From Mesotaenium endlicherianum (lineage: Eukaryota), in NCBI GenBank assembly GCA_009602735.1, contig WELA01001462.1:84523-148522 (forward strand): a stretch of 64,000 bases of DNA, in the 5' to 3' direction. The translations under genes and the position numbers were made by a program. This document shows, piece after piece, positions 1 to 13,951 of the stretch; the first letter of the stretch is position 1; every line of letters begins with the position of its first letter. The notes beneath the pieces are model-generated. The model was not told where the DNA came from, did not search any database, and saw nothing but the letters and a program-made list of their open reading frames with translations.

Positions 1-73
1 TTGTCATGCTGTCTCTTCAATGTACTATGAGTTCCTCAGCTAACTGATGCAGTTCTCTTACAAATGCTGTCAG

Positions 74-1748
74 GCCAGAGCTGTTCTGGGAGATGGCAAG
101 AGATATGGAGAGCTTGATAAGTAACGCAAAGCCCAACCCAGCTCATAGTGCTCTTGTGGAGCTGGAGTCAATGGGCAAATTAAGCTGCATCATTACTCAG
201 AACGTTGACAACCTGCACCAGGTGCTGCAGCAAGCCTACTTTTGCACACTGGTGTCTGCATGCCAAGCTGGTTGCACCAGTTCTTATTATGGATTGCAGT
301 AGAAAAAGTGTCGCAGCCACTTGGGGTGCATTCACTCGTCAAGTGTCCTTTCTGCTCGCCGCCGAATATCATGACTCCACGTGTCTTTATAACCAACTCT
401 TTTACATGATACTCCTACTGTCAGACCTCACTGAGGAAGTTCTGCACACTTCGCTCTGAATCTAGTGCAACACACCTAGTCCTTTGTCTGGCAGGCCTCC
501 CCGTGTCTGGAATCGTATCATTAAGCATGAATCTTTTTTAGACAGTGGTATGCCCGGAAAGTTCCTGGCTAGTAAAAGTGAATCACTTGTACAGTATCTG
601 GCTTCTTTGTGCAGGAGGCAGGCAGCACACAAGTGTGGGAGCTTCATGGAACGGCACAGACTTTTACCTGCATGGCCTGTAAGGAGCACTTTCAGGCTCC
701 AGACATTCTACCCCTCCTCTCCCTGGTACGACAATCCCCCTGTGTGCAAAGACAGTAATTTAGTTTATCAAATATAGTTGTAGGACCGGTACTTCGCTGA
801 ACTTTGGTCTAAGCAGCTCCTTTGGGTGAAAGTCAAGAGCTGGTCTGGGGCGTCATAGCTAGCTGTTATGGGCACTAGACTTGAAGTTTGCTCAGAAGGC
901 GTGTTAATTCTTGCTGTTTGCGTCTGGACTCATCTTGGACGCTTGGTTGCGGGCGCTGAAGGGTAGGAGGTGAAAGTGCCGCTCTGCAAAGTCTGCGATG
1001 GTATTCTCAAGATGGACGTCATCCTGTTTGGCGAATCGCTGCCCAGAGAGATCATGGAGAAAGCTATGCAGGCAGCCCTGCACGCAGATGTGATGCTTGT
1101 GGTTGGCACGTCATTGCAGGTTCGTTGGGCCTGGTCCTCGTGAGGAGGGTTACCTTAAGAGATAGTCCCGCAGACTATGCTTTGAACTTTCTTTGGCTGT
1201 GACAAATTTCAGCAGCTTGTCTAGTCTTTGGCTGGTCTGCAGGATGTAATCGGTAGACTCTGCCCTTAAATGACACTGAATGTTCACCTTTAATGCTGCC
1301 TTAGGTCTTAGAGGAGCACGTAATAGGTGTATTGCATTCTTGTGTATCACCTATCGCCTGCCAGCTTGTCTCTACCCTATTGTTGGTGCCTTGGGTGCAT
1401 ATAAGTAGCTCGCTCGAGCATGTGTATCAAGTTAAAAGCCTTCTATGCAGGACCAGCGCCCTAAAGTCAAGTGTGCACAAATGCTTGATCAGTGAAAGGT
1501 TAGCCTGGTGAGTCTCCAGTCCTCTACTTCATGGCATTGAAGATTCTCCTTTGCAGGTATCGCCAGCCAATCAGCTGACGGAGATCTGTAAGGTGAGGGG
1601 CGGCAAGCTTATTATTGTGAACACAAGTGCGGATGCACTAGACGAGGCAGATGTTGGACTTCAAGGTTGCGCAGGGGAGGTGTTGCCCAAACTCCTTGAG
1701 GCATGCCGGAGGCAGTCTGGCAGTAAAGCAAGCAGCTCATTGCTCTAG
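74..1748 (+). CDS. Sir2-family NAD-dependent deacylase, 3' exons 74-221, 615-725, 967-1119, 1557-1748 (5' exons upstream of window)
   Basis: GT-AG exons splice in frame to PELFWEMARDME..AKPNPAHSALVELE..IITQNVDNLHQ|EAGSTQVWELHG..CMAC..|..PLCKVCDGILKMDVILFGESLP..MLVVGTSLQ|VSPANQL..IIVN..AGEVLPKL*, giving the QNVD, catalytic HG, two CxxC and GTS motifs of sirtuins. Confidence 0.93.
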
Positions 1749-4700
1749 TCTCTCCTCGTCACTTTATGCCACACATGTGATAAACTTCTTGATGGTGTGT
1801 ACCTTCTTTTGATTTTTTCTGCTAGCATTATTTTTAGTGTTGTAAGCGGAGGAAATGTCTTTGAGCATCTATCTGAAAGTATTATGTGCTTTCACATTTT
1901 ACACTGACTAGGCCAGTAGACTCTTAAAATTTGGATGAGATGTAACAAGTAGCTTCCACAATGATGCAAGCCCATCTATTCCCCTTGCACCTACGAGGTG
2001 TGTGCTAGTCCTGTGTCATGTTATGTAATACAAAGTCACCCTATCATGTACATGCCAGATCTCGGTAGTTGTAGGATTTACCTACTTCGTAGTATTAACC
2101 CCCGTCAATTGCAGTCTGATACATACTGGGTCTGTACAAGGTAGCCCTTTAAGGCTACTGTCATTACGAAGCAGCACTTAGAAAGAAGCATCAGCTAAGC
2201 TGCAACGCTCTTGTCCATGAGAAGGTGTCGGGAATGTATTACTGGCCTTGGTACCCATAAGTAGGTGTGAACATGATAAGTGCGGAGGGGCTGGTTGCAA
2301 CAAGGAGGAGTGCATGGCCTTGAGGCTGCATGGTGTTGCTTCCTGTACATCCAAACCATGTCATTCAGTACTTGTTCCAGTAAGGACAATAAGTATGCTG
2401 AAAATGTATGCCCACTTGAGATTGTCCCTGTGGGGATGAGAATGTGCATGTAGGATTAATCTGTATGCGAGAAGTCTTGTAGCGACTAGGATCAGCAATG
2501 GTGGAGCTTTTGTTGGATCATGAGTGATATTACTATGACGTTGCCACGCGAGACGGCAACATAAGTTGTCATGAGCCATGCTATATAAAGTTCCGATTAC
2601 ATTCAAAAGGAATAGTGCTCTCTTTACTAACCCCTGCTTTCTCTCTCGGAAGGCTCACTACATGACAATCAGCACAACCGGGTTATGATGTTTTGACGCT
2701 TCAACGTTGCAGTCCCGAAATGCTCGTAACGTCGTGAAGGTCAAACCCTGCACTACGAGGATATGTTGTTTTTTACGCTTCAACGCTCCAATCCTGTAAA
2801 GCTCATGACTCCTGAAGGTAAAAACTTCGAGCTCGAAGGAACGAGCACAGAATTATTCTGCCATACGTCTTTCTCCACATCCTCGTCACAGTACTTCACT
2901 CGATGCGGCCATCGCTGTTGACGTCCTGATTGTTGTGTCTTCATTGGCCCTTGTGTCTGTGAGGTTGGTATAGCCAACTTTTATTCTCCCAGGATTGCAC
3001 CACAAGGCCTTTATCCTGAGATATAATTTGAACAAGGCTGTCCTTTAGGGTGGAATGAAGATTATGATAGTGCATAAAAGTTCAAATACGCATTAATGAG
3101 TTGCAGTGCAGTAAGGGTCGGATAGAAGATGGAAGTGAAACGTAATCTGTCCCTTTTCTTGAATAAAGTTGATGGTAGCTACTTAGCCAATGAGCCGTTC
3201 TGAACAAGGGCTGACTGTACCACTCTAGTCTCATAATCCTTGTCAATTGATCTGCTTGGCGAGAGGGTCAAGGTATGGTGGAGAGTGTGGAGCCTAGAGG
3301 GGGACCATTAGTAGAGGGTACATTATTGAGGTGGTTGTGTCGCTAATAAAATTTTAACGCTAACTCTATGGGGAATTTGTCCCTCTCCCTTCCTAAGTTC
3401 CTTCGCGAGTACACTGTTAGAAGCAGAAGTCTTACATTCATAGGAGCCTACATCTTAAGCACGGGCGCTCAAGAAATAAATGGCGAAGTTGCTGCCTTTA
3501 AGGAAAGCAGAGATTCTGTTCGTCGAAAAGTTTAAGAGGAGTAAGATTGTGGCGTGTGAACATTGACCTGAATTTAGAGGTAATTACTTGCTAGTGATTT
3601 GTTATAATCACATCTCTTTAAATTTCGTGGACCAATTCTGGGCGTGTGCTCCCTGCCTCCCTTTTTTTTCTTTTAAAGACTACAAGAACATACAGACCAT
3701 TAATGAGCGCTTTCTCCAGGTAGTATTAAGGAGTCTAGTTGCAGAAAAGAGCAAGTATTATTTTGTGAATCGAGACTTGAGAGATGTAGAGCTTCTGCGA
3801 GGTTCTTAAAATGGGTAGTGAGTGCTGGGGGTGGTTTGAGCCCTGACTGCACACCCAGTCCTTGTGTGTGCATGTAGGAATTCATAGCTCGGTAGGTTTT
3901 TGCATTCTGATGCTGTTGTCTGCGTGACAGGAAGGACTTGAGCTTAAAGCTTAAAGCCTTCATGCTGAAAATATACCTTCCGTAGTCTAAAACCTGGGGC
4001 CCAACTCAACCCCAAGTCCGTCTCTAATTTCCCTTATTCGACCCTAACTCCTTTGGAAGGCCAACCCTGCTCCTGCTAGTACTCTAGCAAAATTAGTCTT
4101 CACATTATGAGTTATCTTGTTCCTGGAAAAAAACCTGTGCCCGAAGCCAAATTGAAATAAAACCCGACCCAACTCGTTCTAGGCCAAGGCATTCATCTTG
4201 TCTGTTGAAACCTATCTCTGAACCCCACCGCAAGCCTCCTTACTCGCTCACTCAGTGTGTGAGGAGACTTCTCTCTGCAAATGCTGCTGGCGGCAGCGGG
4301 CAAGAGTTTCAGCATCCTTTGTGGGCGCGCCCGCCATTCTCGCCGCTTCTTTGAAATTTCTCCGACGCACAGCATGTGGGCTCCTTCTAGGTAGGCAGGA
4401 CAGGCCCCGGCCAGGCAGGCAGGCTCGAGAGAGATTTGGCGGGCAAGCAGGGCGGCAGGGAAGGGGAGCAAGTGCTCACTTACATACTGGGAAGCGCTCT
4501 TTCTAACAACCGATCCTCCTGCTCCTCCAGCAGCACCACCACTTATTTTGCATGGGCCACTCAGGACCTTCAAGTGAGAAGACCGAGCTGGGGGCTGCCG
4601 TGAGCACTTTGTGTCCTCTCGCACTCACTTGCTCACTTGGGTGGCCCTACAACCTCACTCATATCCCTGCCACATATGCAACAGTGGGGCATTGCTGGCT

Positions 4701-5198
4701 GCAGGAAACAGAGAGAGGAAGGGGGGTTGTCACACAGCGCTGGCGAGGCAAGGGAAGATTCGTGTGCCTTCCTGCAAACGCAGCTCACGCAACCCATTTA
4801 GCAGCACGTAGGCTGGCAGGTGAGTTGGAGTCGCATGTGAACTCGTCCTTCAACGTTCTTTGCTTTGCCTTCATATTCCCTCTGGATGGGATCAGAGAAT
4901 GGTGTATTCGCAGTCAAGGTGGCACCATTAAGAGCTGAAAGAACAGCCTTGACTGGGCAACAGTGATTAACTCCTGGCAACTATGATTGTGCTCGCAGAG
5001 TGATGTGTCTCACGGTTTGTTGAAGTGGGCCTTCACGATCTAATGAAAGAGAATAAATGCTATCTCCAGCAAAGGCCCTGGGGTCGAGCATGTGCTTATT
5101 ACAGCTTGTAGAACTCCCTACAGAGATTTCCTGTCTCCCATCTGAACGCCCGTGCAGCACCCGGATCCATCAAGTTCGCCTCAGAGTTTGCAAGGAAT

Positions 5199-5497
<299 letters not shown>

Positions 5498-5994
5498 TCT
5501 TCAGGTTGCAAGCACCATGCAGGGCTGTGGGTTGTGTTATTTGCCTGGATATAAATATCCCTAGCTCTGAGGAGCCTCTGCTATTGCACTTGCTTGCACA
5601 GGTGCTATTGAAAAGGCAGCAGCAGCGGCGTGCTGGCTGGCGTGCTAGCCTGTAGGAAGGGCAGAAGCTGCACTCCCTGTACCTAGGGCTCAGAAGGGGT
5701 GCTGTCCTCTTCCTCATGCTTGCACAGCACGGCTTCCCCTCCACTCCTCTCTCGGCCAGGAAGGTACAGCCTGGCATCATGATGCCCTCCATCCACTCTT
5801 TCCTCCTATCTGGCCTTTCCACTGTGGTTCTCGGCCAGTCACTTCCCGGGACAGAGTGCAGCGCTGCCGCCCGTCTGTAGGAGCGCCATAGTGTCAGCCC
5901 CCAATTTTTATTGGGGCTGTTTAGAACACCTGGTGAGGAAGGAGCTGCCGTTGTCAAGAAGAACAGGCTGCCTGCCTGTAAGTTACTAGCAGCC

Positions 5995-6730
5995 AGGGAC
6001 AGCTGTGAGTCGCGCAGGGATGGGGGCGGGCAGCGGGCCTGATGGCTCGCCTGGGTTCGGCTGGGTGGCTGATGGGAGCTGGAGGCGTTTGACCTGGCCT
6101 GGCCTGGCCTGGCCATATTGCCAAAGCCAAGAAGCAGGTAGGGTGCTGGTTGGGGGGCTTGGGCTTCTCCAGTGGCAGGTATTGGTGGAATGACGCAGGT
6201 CAAGGGTGGGCATGAAAGCGTCGTGGATGTGCGTAGCAAATGCAGATAGGCTTGCGGAGTTTCTGCATTGTAGCAGCACATTGTAGAAGTATTATTGTAG
6301 TCTAGATTAGATTACTGGTGGTGGTAGGCAGAAAGCACAGAAAGCAGGTTCGTGGGATGGCTCTGTGTGGATGTCTAGGTGACAAACAGACATACTCAGA
6401 GTTGGTCATGCAAGGATGGAAGTTGTAATGTGTAAGCCTGCACTGGCTGCATTTGGCACTGTGATGTGCTGGGCTGTCTCCAGTCTGTGAGCGCACGGCA
6501 GGGTTTAGCCCCTGCCCTGTGGCTCACACGAAGCCAAAGTCAGCCATGGGCGGGGCTGCACAGTTGAGGGGGCTGGTTGCTGGGTGGGGGGGTGATGGTA
6601 GCTGGTGGTGCCTGACGTGGCCTGGCCTGGCCTGGCCTACCCATGCTGTCCAGCTCCAGGAGCAGGCTGGCTGCCGCTGGGGTGGGGTGGGGTGGGTTTC
6701 CTTTTGGCAGGGCATGGGGGAGTGATGCAG
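5995..6730. repeat. Degenerate local duplication (~6000-6200 vs ~6530-6730) with (GGCCT)n
   Basis: Both segments contain agctgg..gg..tgac.tggcctggcctggcctggcc and similar flanks; translations GSWRRLTWPGLAWP vs GSWWCLTWPGLAWP. Confidence 0.6.
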
Positions 6731-9700
6731 GCTAGAAGAGAGGCTGGAGATGCCGTGGAGGCATGGAGCAGATGCAATGGGGCTTGCAGAGTTTATTTTT
6801 TTGTGATGTTGATATGGTGAATAGTATCGTATTCAAAGCAGGTTTTAGTGGCGATATTAAGCAGTAAGCAGGGTAGGAGGTAGCGTGAATGAATTAAGGA
6901 TATACGTGTACAGACAGTTCGAGGGCTGATAGCGTAGGAAGAAAATTGTGCTGCGGAGGCCTGCTCTGGCTTCGTAGCATCAGCAATACTCAGTCGTTGT
7001 CAATTGTAAGCTTCCGGATTTGACAAGCACAGGCTCTATCTGTACATCAAGCATAGTCATTTGTGCCCTTTTCCACTATAAATAAAAAGTTGGAAATGTA
7101 CTTCTCTTTTTGCCTCTTCATGTCTATTTAGTGGTGGTGGGAATATGTTATCAGTATCAAGGTTATGACTTCCACTTGCTCTGGTAGCAACCTTTGTGAT
7201 CTGTCAGGCAGCAGACTGTGATGGAATAACATGAAGGCTGTGTGGTAACGTCTACGCAATCAAGTTGTCTCGCGTAAAGGTCCATGATCACAGATTGTAC
7301 CTCACTGACACGTGTAAAATCAGTGCACGTCATTAGAAATAAATTCACAGGGACAGGTAGAAATGTGAAACTATCACTATTTTTAGCCAGAAAGCATCAA
7401 GGGGGGCTGCTTGGCACATTTGCACCTAATTTGCGTGAGTGCCTGGAGCAGCACAGGTTTCCTGCTCTCTAGCAGACTAAATGCTCTACATTACAAATCT
7501 CTCACGTCAAGCTTATGATACCTGCAATCCCCATGGTGTGGGCAGCCGAAGAGACAGAAGATTTCGACTAACAGCATATCTAGGGACTACGACGGCAGCC
7601 ATAATTACTAGAACCCATTCAGCAAGCCCACCATTTTGATGTGGGCCTGCTTTCTTCAACCTACCCCCTTCTACTTCCGCAATCGCGCTTGCAAGTTGCA
7701 AGGCTGCTTTGGCGCAGGCGGCACCTCAGCGCCATCTGGTGCTGCAGCAGCCGCATGGCAGTTGTGGGCAGCCATCTAATTGCCACCTGGCGCACCTCAT
7801 TACAAGGAGGCCAAGATCAGGCCAGACCCTAGTCACCTCCCCAGTTTCAGAATATATACACTTCAATGCCTTCAATGTGTGTCGTCTGCAGCACTCTGTC
7901 ACGTTCTGGCGCTCTCCCCTCATGACACACCATGTGAACTTTGAGCGTAGGCGTACTCGCCCGCAGGCGGGTCCGTCCCTGCACAACCAGGGGGCAAGTG
8001 GTGGCGGGCTCAGCAACAGGAGACTGCCGCCAGAAAGTATTTGATGGTGCAGGAGGCTGCTCCCGCCCTCTAAGGGAGCCAGAGGGGGGGAGGACAGCGC
8101 ACACAATCAGCATGCAGGGCAATATGCAGCAGAAGCAGGCAGCCCATGTGCCAGAGCCCCTCTCATACGACTCCCATATGAGCACACTACCCCTCCTTGC
8201 TCACATGCATGGTGATTGGAGCATGTCGTCAAAGCGCATCTTGTCGCATTGTGCTCCCAAAGACCAGAAACGGGGGCAGATGTCCACGCCCGCAAGTAGG
8301 CACAGAGCAAGAGAGAAGGGGGGGTGGTTTTTTTTTGGGGGGGGTGGGTGGGGAGGGAGGCTGAAGTGGTGCGTGATCAGCAAAGCGCTCACCTGCTCAA
8401 GCATCTGCATCCTTCAGGAGCGCTTCAAGTTCGAGCTCCAGCCGCTCGAACTCGCTCTCAAGGGGGTCTTTTTCTGGCCAATCGCGCTCGACAGGGAGGG
8501 AGCTGACCGGAGCATCCGGGCACCCGGGCTTTGCGCCTTCGGGCAGCACAAGAGATAATGGAGATGAGGTCAGTTGCGCCATCTAGGCAGGCTTATACCT
8601 CTCGCCCTCCCTACCTGGGCAGAATGTGGTTATAAAGAGGGGAAGGGGGAAGGGGGAGGGGGAGGGGGAGGACGAGGAAGGTATACTAACATTGAGCATG
8701 CTCTCAGCTGTAACATCACAATTGCAGAAACAAGCGTGCCAAATGCCTGACGAGCAATACACACAGTCCATTTTTTCCAGTTTCAAATTTTTAAGTGGCT
8801 GGTGGAGGAGGATCACGAGTGGAGATGGGCAAATTGGGGGAGGGGGTAAGGGAGCACCAGATGACGGAGAGCAGGCAGGGCAGCTGCCGCTGCTGTTGCT
8901 GCGGCGGAAGTCCGCGGCCGTAAGCATGGTGGGCCTGCTGCAGTGCGCGCCCCAGCCAGCCTGCTGCCATGGTCAAGACCAGCGAGTGCGCTGTAGCATC
9001 CGCATCAGCAGGAGGAGGAAAGGTGTGCCAGGGAGATCACCACATGGCAGCAGCAGAAGCACTAGTGGCGTTGGAAGGCTCAGCGTCAAGACATTCAGGC
9101 ACGTAGTCAACATTGGTGAGAAGGATGTGACAATCTGTGTCCACTTTCGGCCAGGCCCACTGTAAATATCTTGCATACACGCAAATGTTGTTCCATAACA
9201 AGATGGTTTCACATACATGTATACATACGTGTGTCATCCTGACACAAGTATCCATATTGCCTACATTTACAACCTATGCTTCAAAATTGTACATATACAT
9301 GTGTCACGGAATTACTCACATGAAAGCCCTGCTGATTTACACACATCTGCATATGTCGCATCAGACAACAAGCAGGAGATACTTTTCACCCACGCGCACA
9401 CACGCACCTGCAGAGCGGTGAGGCCAGCTGCGCGCCCTACTCTGCACGCCACCTTCCTTGCTGCAGCAGCCTCTTGTTCCTCGTGTACGTCACCACATGA
9501 ACATACTTTCAGCTGTGCACGAGTATTTCTTCTACCGTCCGCATACTGCAGAATGCACACAGCAGAAACTCATGCATATGTGAGTGGATGAAGGGAGTGG
9601 AAACCTTAGCTTAGACCAATGCATAAAGAGGCCAAAATCCAAAGCAGGCACCTTCGGAGACAGAGACATGTGGATGTCATTGGTCATGAAGTGCAAAGAA

Positions 9701-12607
9701 ACTTGTGCAGACATCTGCACACACCTGCTGCCGTTGGCAGACCAGCAAGGCATACACACATACTGATTGACGTGTGCAAGTACTTCAAATAAAAGGGACC
9801 GACATCATAATGTAACGTGTGCATTCACAGAACAATGATCGTATCACAAGTTTATGCCCCTGGATATAGGCCGCAAAAGACGAAGGAGATGACAAGCACA
9901 GAGCGGGTTTCAGCATTGGCCTTGAGAAATGCAATTGAAGGGTGTGACTGAATGGTTCTGCCTTTCACATGTCGACACACGCAGGAACAATGAAGCATCC
10001 CCGCCTTCACTTATGTGGCTGAAAACGTAGTTGTCATTGGCATGGAGAAATCTGTGACGCACAAAAAGAAGTATGCCAGAGAGCATGCGAGGCCAGCAAG
10101 CAAGCCAGGTGACAAAGAGCGCAGGCTGGATGAGCTGCGTGGCGTCCTGCCACCTAGCCCTCCCACATGAACGATGAACGTACCATAATGAGAGGGGGTG
10201 GAGGGCACCTATCAGGGAGCCGCCAAATCCTGCACATGGAAGACCAAAGAGATTCTGATGTGTGTGTGCATGAAATACAGAACATTGTCATAGATCAAGA
10301 ATGTACTTCCGCGTGTGAAGCACACTTGCATAATTGTTCATTGACGCATGACTAAGCAAGCAAGCTGCAAGCAAGGAGTCTAAACAAAGAAGTGGGGCAG
10401 CCTATCTATCACGGACTGTTGATTACGATGTCCATATGTCCATATGCAGCAAGAAGAGCAGCTTGAGCAGGAGTAAGAAGAGAAGAAGAAGATAATTGAG
10501 GCGCCCTTACATTCGCATGAACTTTGTGGGGTGATAAAATCGGCAACTATGGCCGAGGGGGCAGCGATTCCAGCACGCGTCCCTACAAATGACGACCTCG
10601 CCTCTGCAACACATCATGGATTTGGATAGGGTAAGAACAACTCAGAACCCTCTTGCGTGTCAATGGCACATCATGCAACACTAGACAGAATTCATCAGCT
10701 GGCAAAACTGCCAGTAGCATTCCATGACAGGAAAGATTCAGAGCACACAACATGGCACACAAGATTCAGAGCTTTAGTTGGCAGGCAGGCAAAGGGGACA
10801 ACATCTTTGATAGGGAATAAAGCAGGGTAACTAAATGAGGCGCGATAGACTGTGGGACTGACCAGCTGACCAACTCTGAGGATAATATAAGATAATCTTA
10901 TGAGCTACCAACTCTTTGGGTAATATAAGATAATATATGTGCATTTCACTCTGCAGGCTACAGCAGCTAGCTCAAGCATGAAGCAAGTTCAGAATGTTGC
11001 TCAGGGCATAATGGCTTGGACTTGCATAGCAGGTCTAATATAGCAAGAGACTCGTAGAGGCATCTGCAAGAAGCGCCCACGTATTGCATGCAGGAAGGTA
11101 TGGAGCTGCTTGCGTTGTATAGATTCAAGAGATGTATTACTCCAGTGCATAAGATTAAGCAAGGCAGGGTTGACTGACCCACCCAATAAAAGGGCGCTCC
11201 AGATGTGCGTAGCGGCATGCGCCAATGCCCCGCTTGCAGGTCCCACTCCTCCCCAGCTGGTACTGGATGCATACCGGAATCTTACTGGGAATGTATGAAG
11301 GCCGCTGCTGTTGCTGGTGTGTTATTGCCACACCGCTCAATGGATTTGAAAGATATGCGAAAGAATGGAGGACTTGAACCTCCATCTGTACAGACAAGGT
11401 GCTGCAGCAGTCAGATACTCAAGTGCAGGATGCACCCTTGTTAGGCTAGAGAGCTATGGAGCTCTTAGAACTGAGATAAGTTAAAGACATAATATTTTGG
11501 ACCTCGGAAGCTGACAGACGATGCCTTCAGTTCCGGTGCTTTCCTCGGGATGCTACATAAGCTGCTTGTAGTGAAGTGTCCAGCTGCCCTTTGAAGCTTC
11601 AGACCACAATACCGAGGTGAAAAAGTGGTCCGATCGACTTGCTCTCCAGGAGGAATCTCAGGGCCGACGTTGGGCAGTTCTCGATGAACGCGATTTCTTT
11701 ATGACTCGGTCCAAACGTTTGTGAGCAAGGGGCCAGAATAATAAATTTTACATTGCTGTAGTGCTAATACATATTAAGTATTACTGCTACTATATATTAC
11801 TTGAAAGCCTGTATTTGTCACCATGCAACCGGTCCGTCGCTCCCTTGGGCATAAAAGCGGTTCTCCGAACGGGCAGGTATTTCAAACGCGGTTGCCACCA
11901 TAAAGCACCATAAAGTAACCAGCTGCTGCTGCTAATCGTCAAGCGTCACAAACTGGCACATTGTGGCCTGGCTCTGGACTACACCGAGAAGACCATCCTG
12001 CACCATCCTGGACATGGGGGAGGATTGACGCTATTTCCAGCTTTGCTACCATGGTGGTCCCACACTTTTCCAAAGCGGTCCCGATGCTGCCTTACGGCTG
12101 CATTCTGAGCGTCGACACAAGATTCCCTTGCTAAAAACTTACGTCATATTCAGGTCATGTTGTCTCCAAGTGACAGCCCCTCCGGAAACTGGGGACTTGA
12201 CATCCTATGCGTCTCGTACAGTCGCCGTCATGCGCGTCATGAAAAGACACGATAAAGTCGAAGCCATGCGGATAACATGAACGGCAGCTAGTATTAAAGC
12301 GTACGAACGTCAAGCAATATACTCGGACATGAATGGCAGGCCTTAGGTGCCACAATTTCTGTGCCACATGGACTCCTGTGTTCCACATGGATGCCACATG
12401 GCAAAAATTTTGTGAAAGGCTGCTCAGTTTGGCTCAGTTGCTCAGAGTGAAGCTGGCAAAGCACGTCATACTGCATCATACAACATCAGACACACCACGG
12501 TGCATCACGGTGCATCACGGCAACTCTGGATTGGCTCGACCACTTTTTAGACATGTGGCATATCCGCTTATTGCCCACCCGAGCGTTACATTTACGGACG
12601 GCATTAA

Positions 12608-13852
12608 TGTCGCGACTACTATCCGTTTGACGGTGCCGCACGCGCAGCGCAAGCTACGGCCACCCAGGTACGGAAGCCAACGTTGACTCACCGACCACTT
12701 GACTGATTACGTCGCAGTCAGCGATTATGTCGGCGTCAAGACCACTGGCAAGGGGTCAATGTCAATGTGCCCCACACCCAGGGATGGGGGAGGTTTTGAC
12801 AGCATAGACAACCGCGAGGCTAGAAGCTGGGGATCAGTGATGAGCTGCCGAGCAGATACCAAGTCCGGTACTGTGTGACTGGCAGATTAAGCCAGGTCAT
12901 GGCCGCAATGCCAAGATAGGTTACGGCCGCCCGGTTGGGAATCTTGAGCAAGTGGCATTTGCTTGTACACGCCGCTCACGAGTTCTTAGCCATGAGCCAA
13001 TTAGGCGTGACTGCCAGCTGAGAAGCTAAGCAGCCACGCGCAACAGTCACGAGGTGTGCATGCATGCTGAGTGACTACGAGTTTGAGTTGAGCATGGCTA
13101 GGCAGAAGCGACATGCAGCTAAGCTTTGTGACTAAGCACGGCATTCTCGAAAGATGACGCTGTGTGGTGCCTGCGAAAGGCACGAATCTTGCCTGAGACA
13201 TGTCATTCACTCTCACGCACTTTTGAGAAGAAGCAGAAGGAGCAGAAGGAGGAGAAGGAAGGAGAAGGGCGCGAAGAAGGAGTTCCCAAGGCCATTGGAG
13301 AGCCGAGGCCCCACGCTTCTGCCGACGCTGAAGATTCTTCTCGGTGTATCATAGATAAGTTAGGATTGTAGGAGTTCCCAAGAGGGAATCTCACTGTTGA
13401 AAGTAGGAGAACAGCACAATCGAATATGCTAGGAGATTAGCACAAATTGGCCGAACGCCACAAGTGTGTGTGAAGCAGCCTTAAAATGGTGAGTTGTGTG
13501 TTGATTTCCAAGTTCTCAGAAGTCGCATTCGCATCTTGAAGAGAGAGGGTAGTGTTGGCAGATAAAGCTCTCAGTGAAGAATTGAGTGAGCCTAGCCTGG
13601 CAGTGAAGAACTGTTAAGGCGCGGTGTTAAGTGAAGAGCTTGACCCAGGCCAGCATAGACGAGTAGTTTCAGAGTTTTGTAAGCTGTGACTTTGTGAAAG
13701 TTAAGCGAAAGCCTGAAGGGCGATTTTCGCTGAATCTGACGTTGCATGTCGAGCTGCTTAGAGTGTGATTTTTGCAAACTACAATTTGCTCGCCTGTGAA
13801 CCCAAGAACCTTAAGGCATAAAGCCTATGTGGAAGTAAGAGACTTCCGTCCT
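12608..13852 (+). repeat. E1 repeat A1 (LTR segment A)
   Basis: Near-identical to 23780-25035; begins TGTCGCGACTACTATCC, ends ACTTCCGTCCT. Confidence 0.95.
13481..13523 (+). promoter_or_regulatory. TATA-like box (TTAAAA 13481-13486) and putative transcript 5' end / self-primer GTTCTCAGAAGT (13512-13523)
   Basis: The 12-mer is the exact reverse complement of 13853-13864; an AT-rich box lies ~25-30 nt upstream in all four A copies. Confidence 0.55.
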
Positions 13853-13864
13853 ACTTCTGAGAAC
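13853..13864 (+). promoter_or_regulatory. Non-tRNA (self-priming type) primer binding site of E1, ACTTCTGAGAAC
   Basis: Directly follows repeat A1, lacks TGG, perfectly complementary to 13512-13523. Confidence 0.7.
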
Positions 13865-13951
13865 CTCGATAACGCGCAAGCCTTTGTACCCAATTTGGGC
13901 AGAGAGCACCGCGTGTGGGGTAAAGTTAGTGAGTCTTGGTCACCATTCGAA

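Noticed and set aside
2400..3000. Possible solo LTR (TATATAAA at ~2582)
   Set aside because: No convincing termini, TSD or second copy.
12604..12607. TTAA TSD suggesting that E1 is a piggyBac
   Set aside because: E1 encodes gag, RT and integrase, has TG..CA ends, and the sister element has a TCAA TSD.
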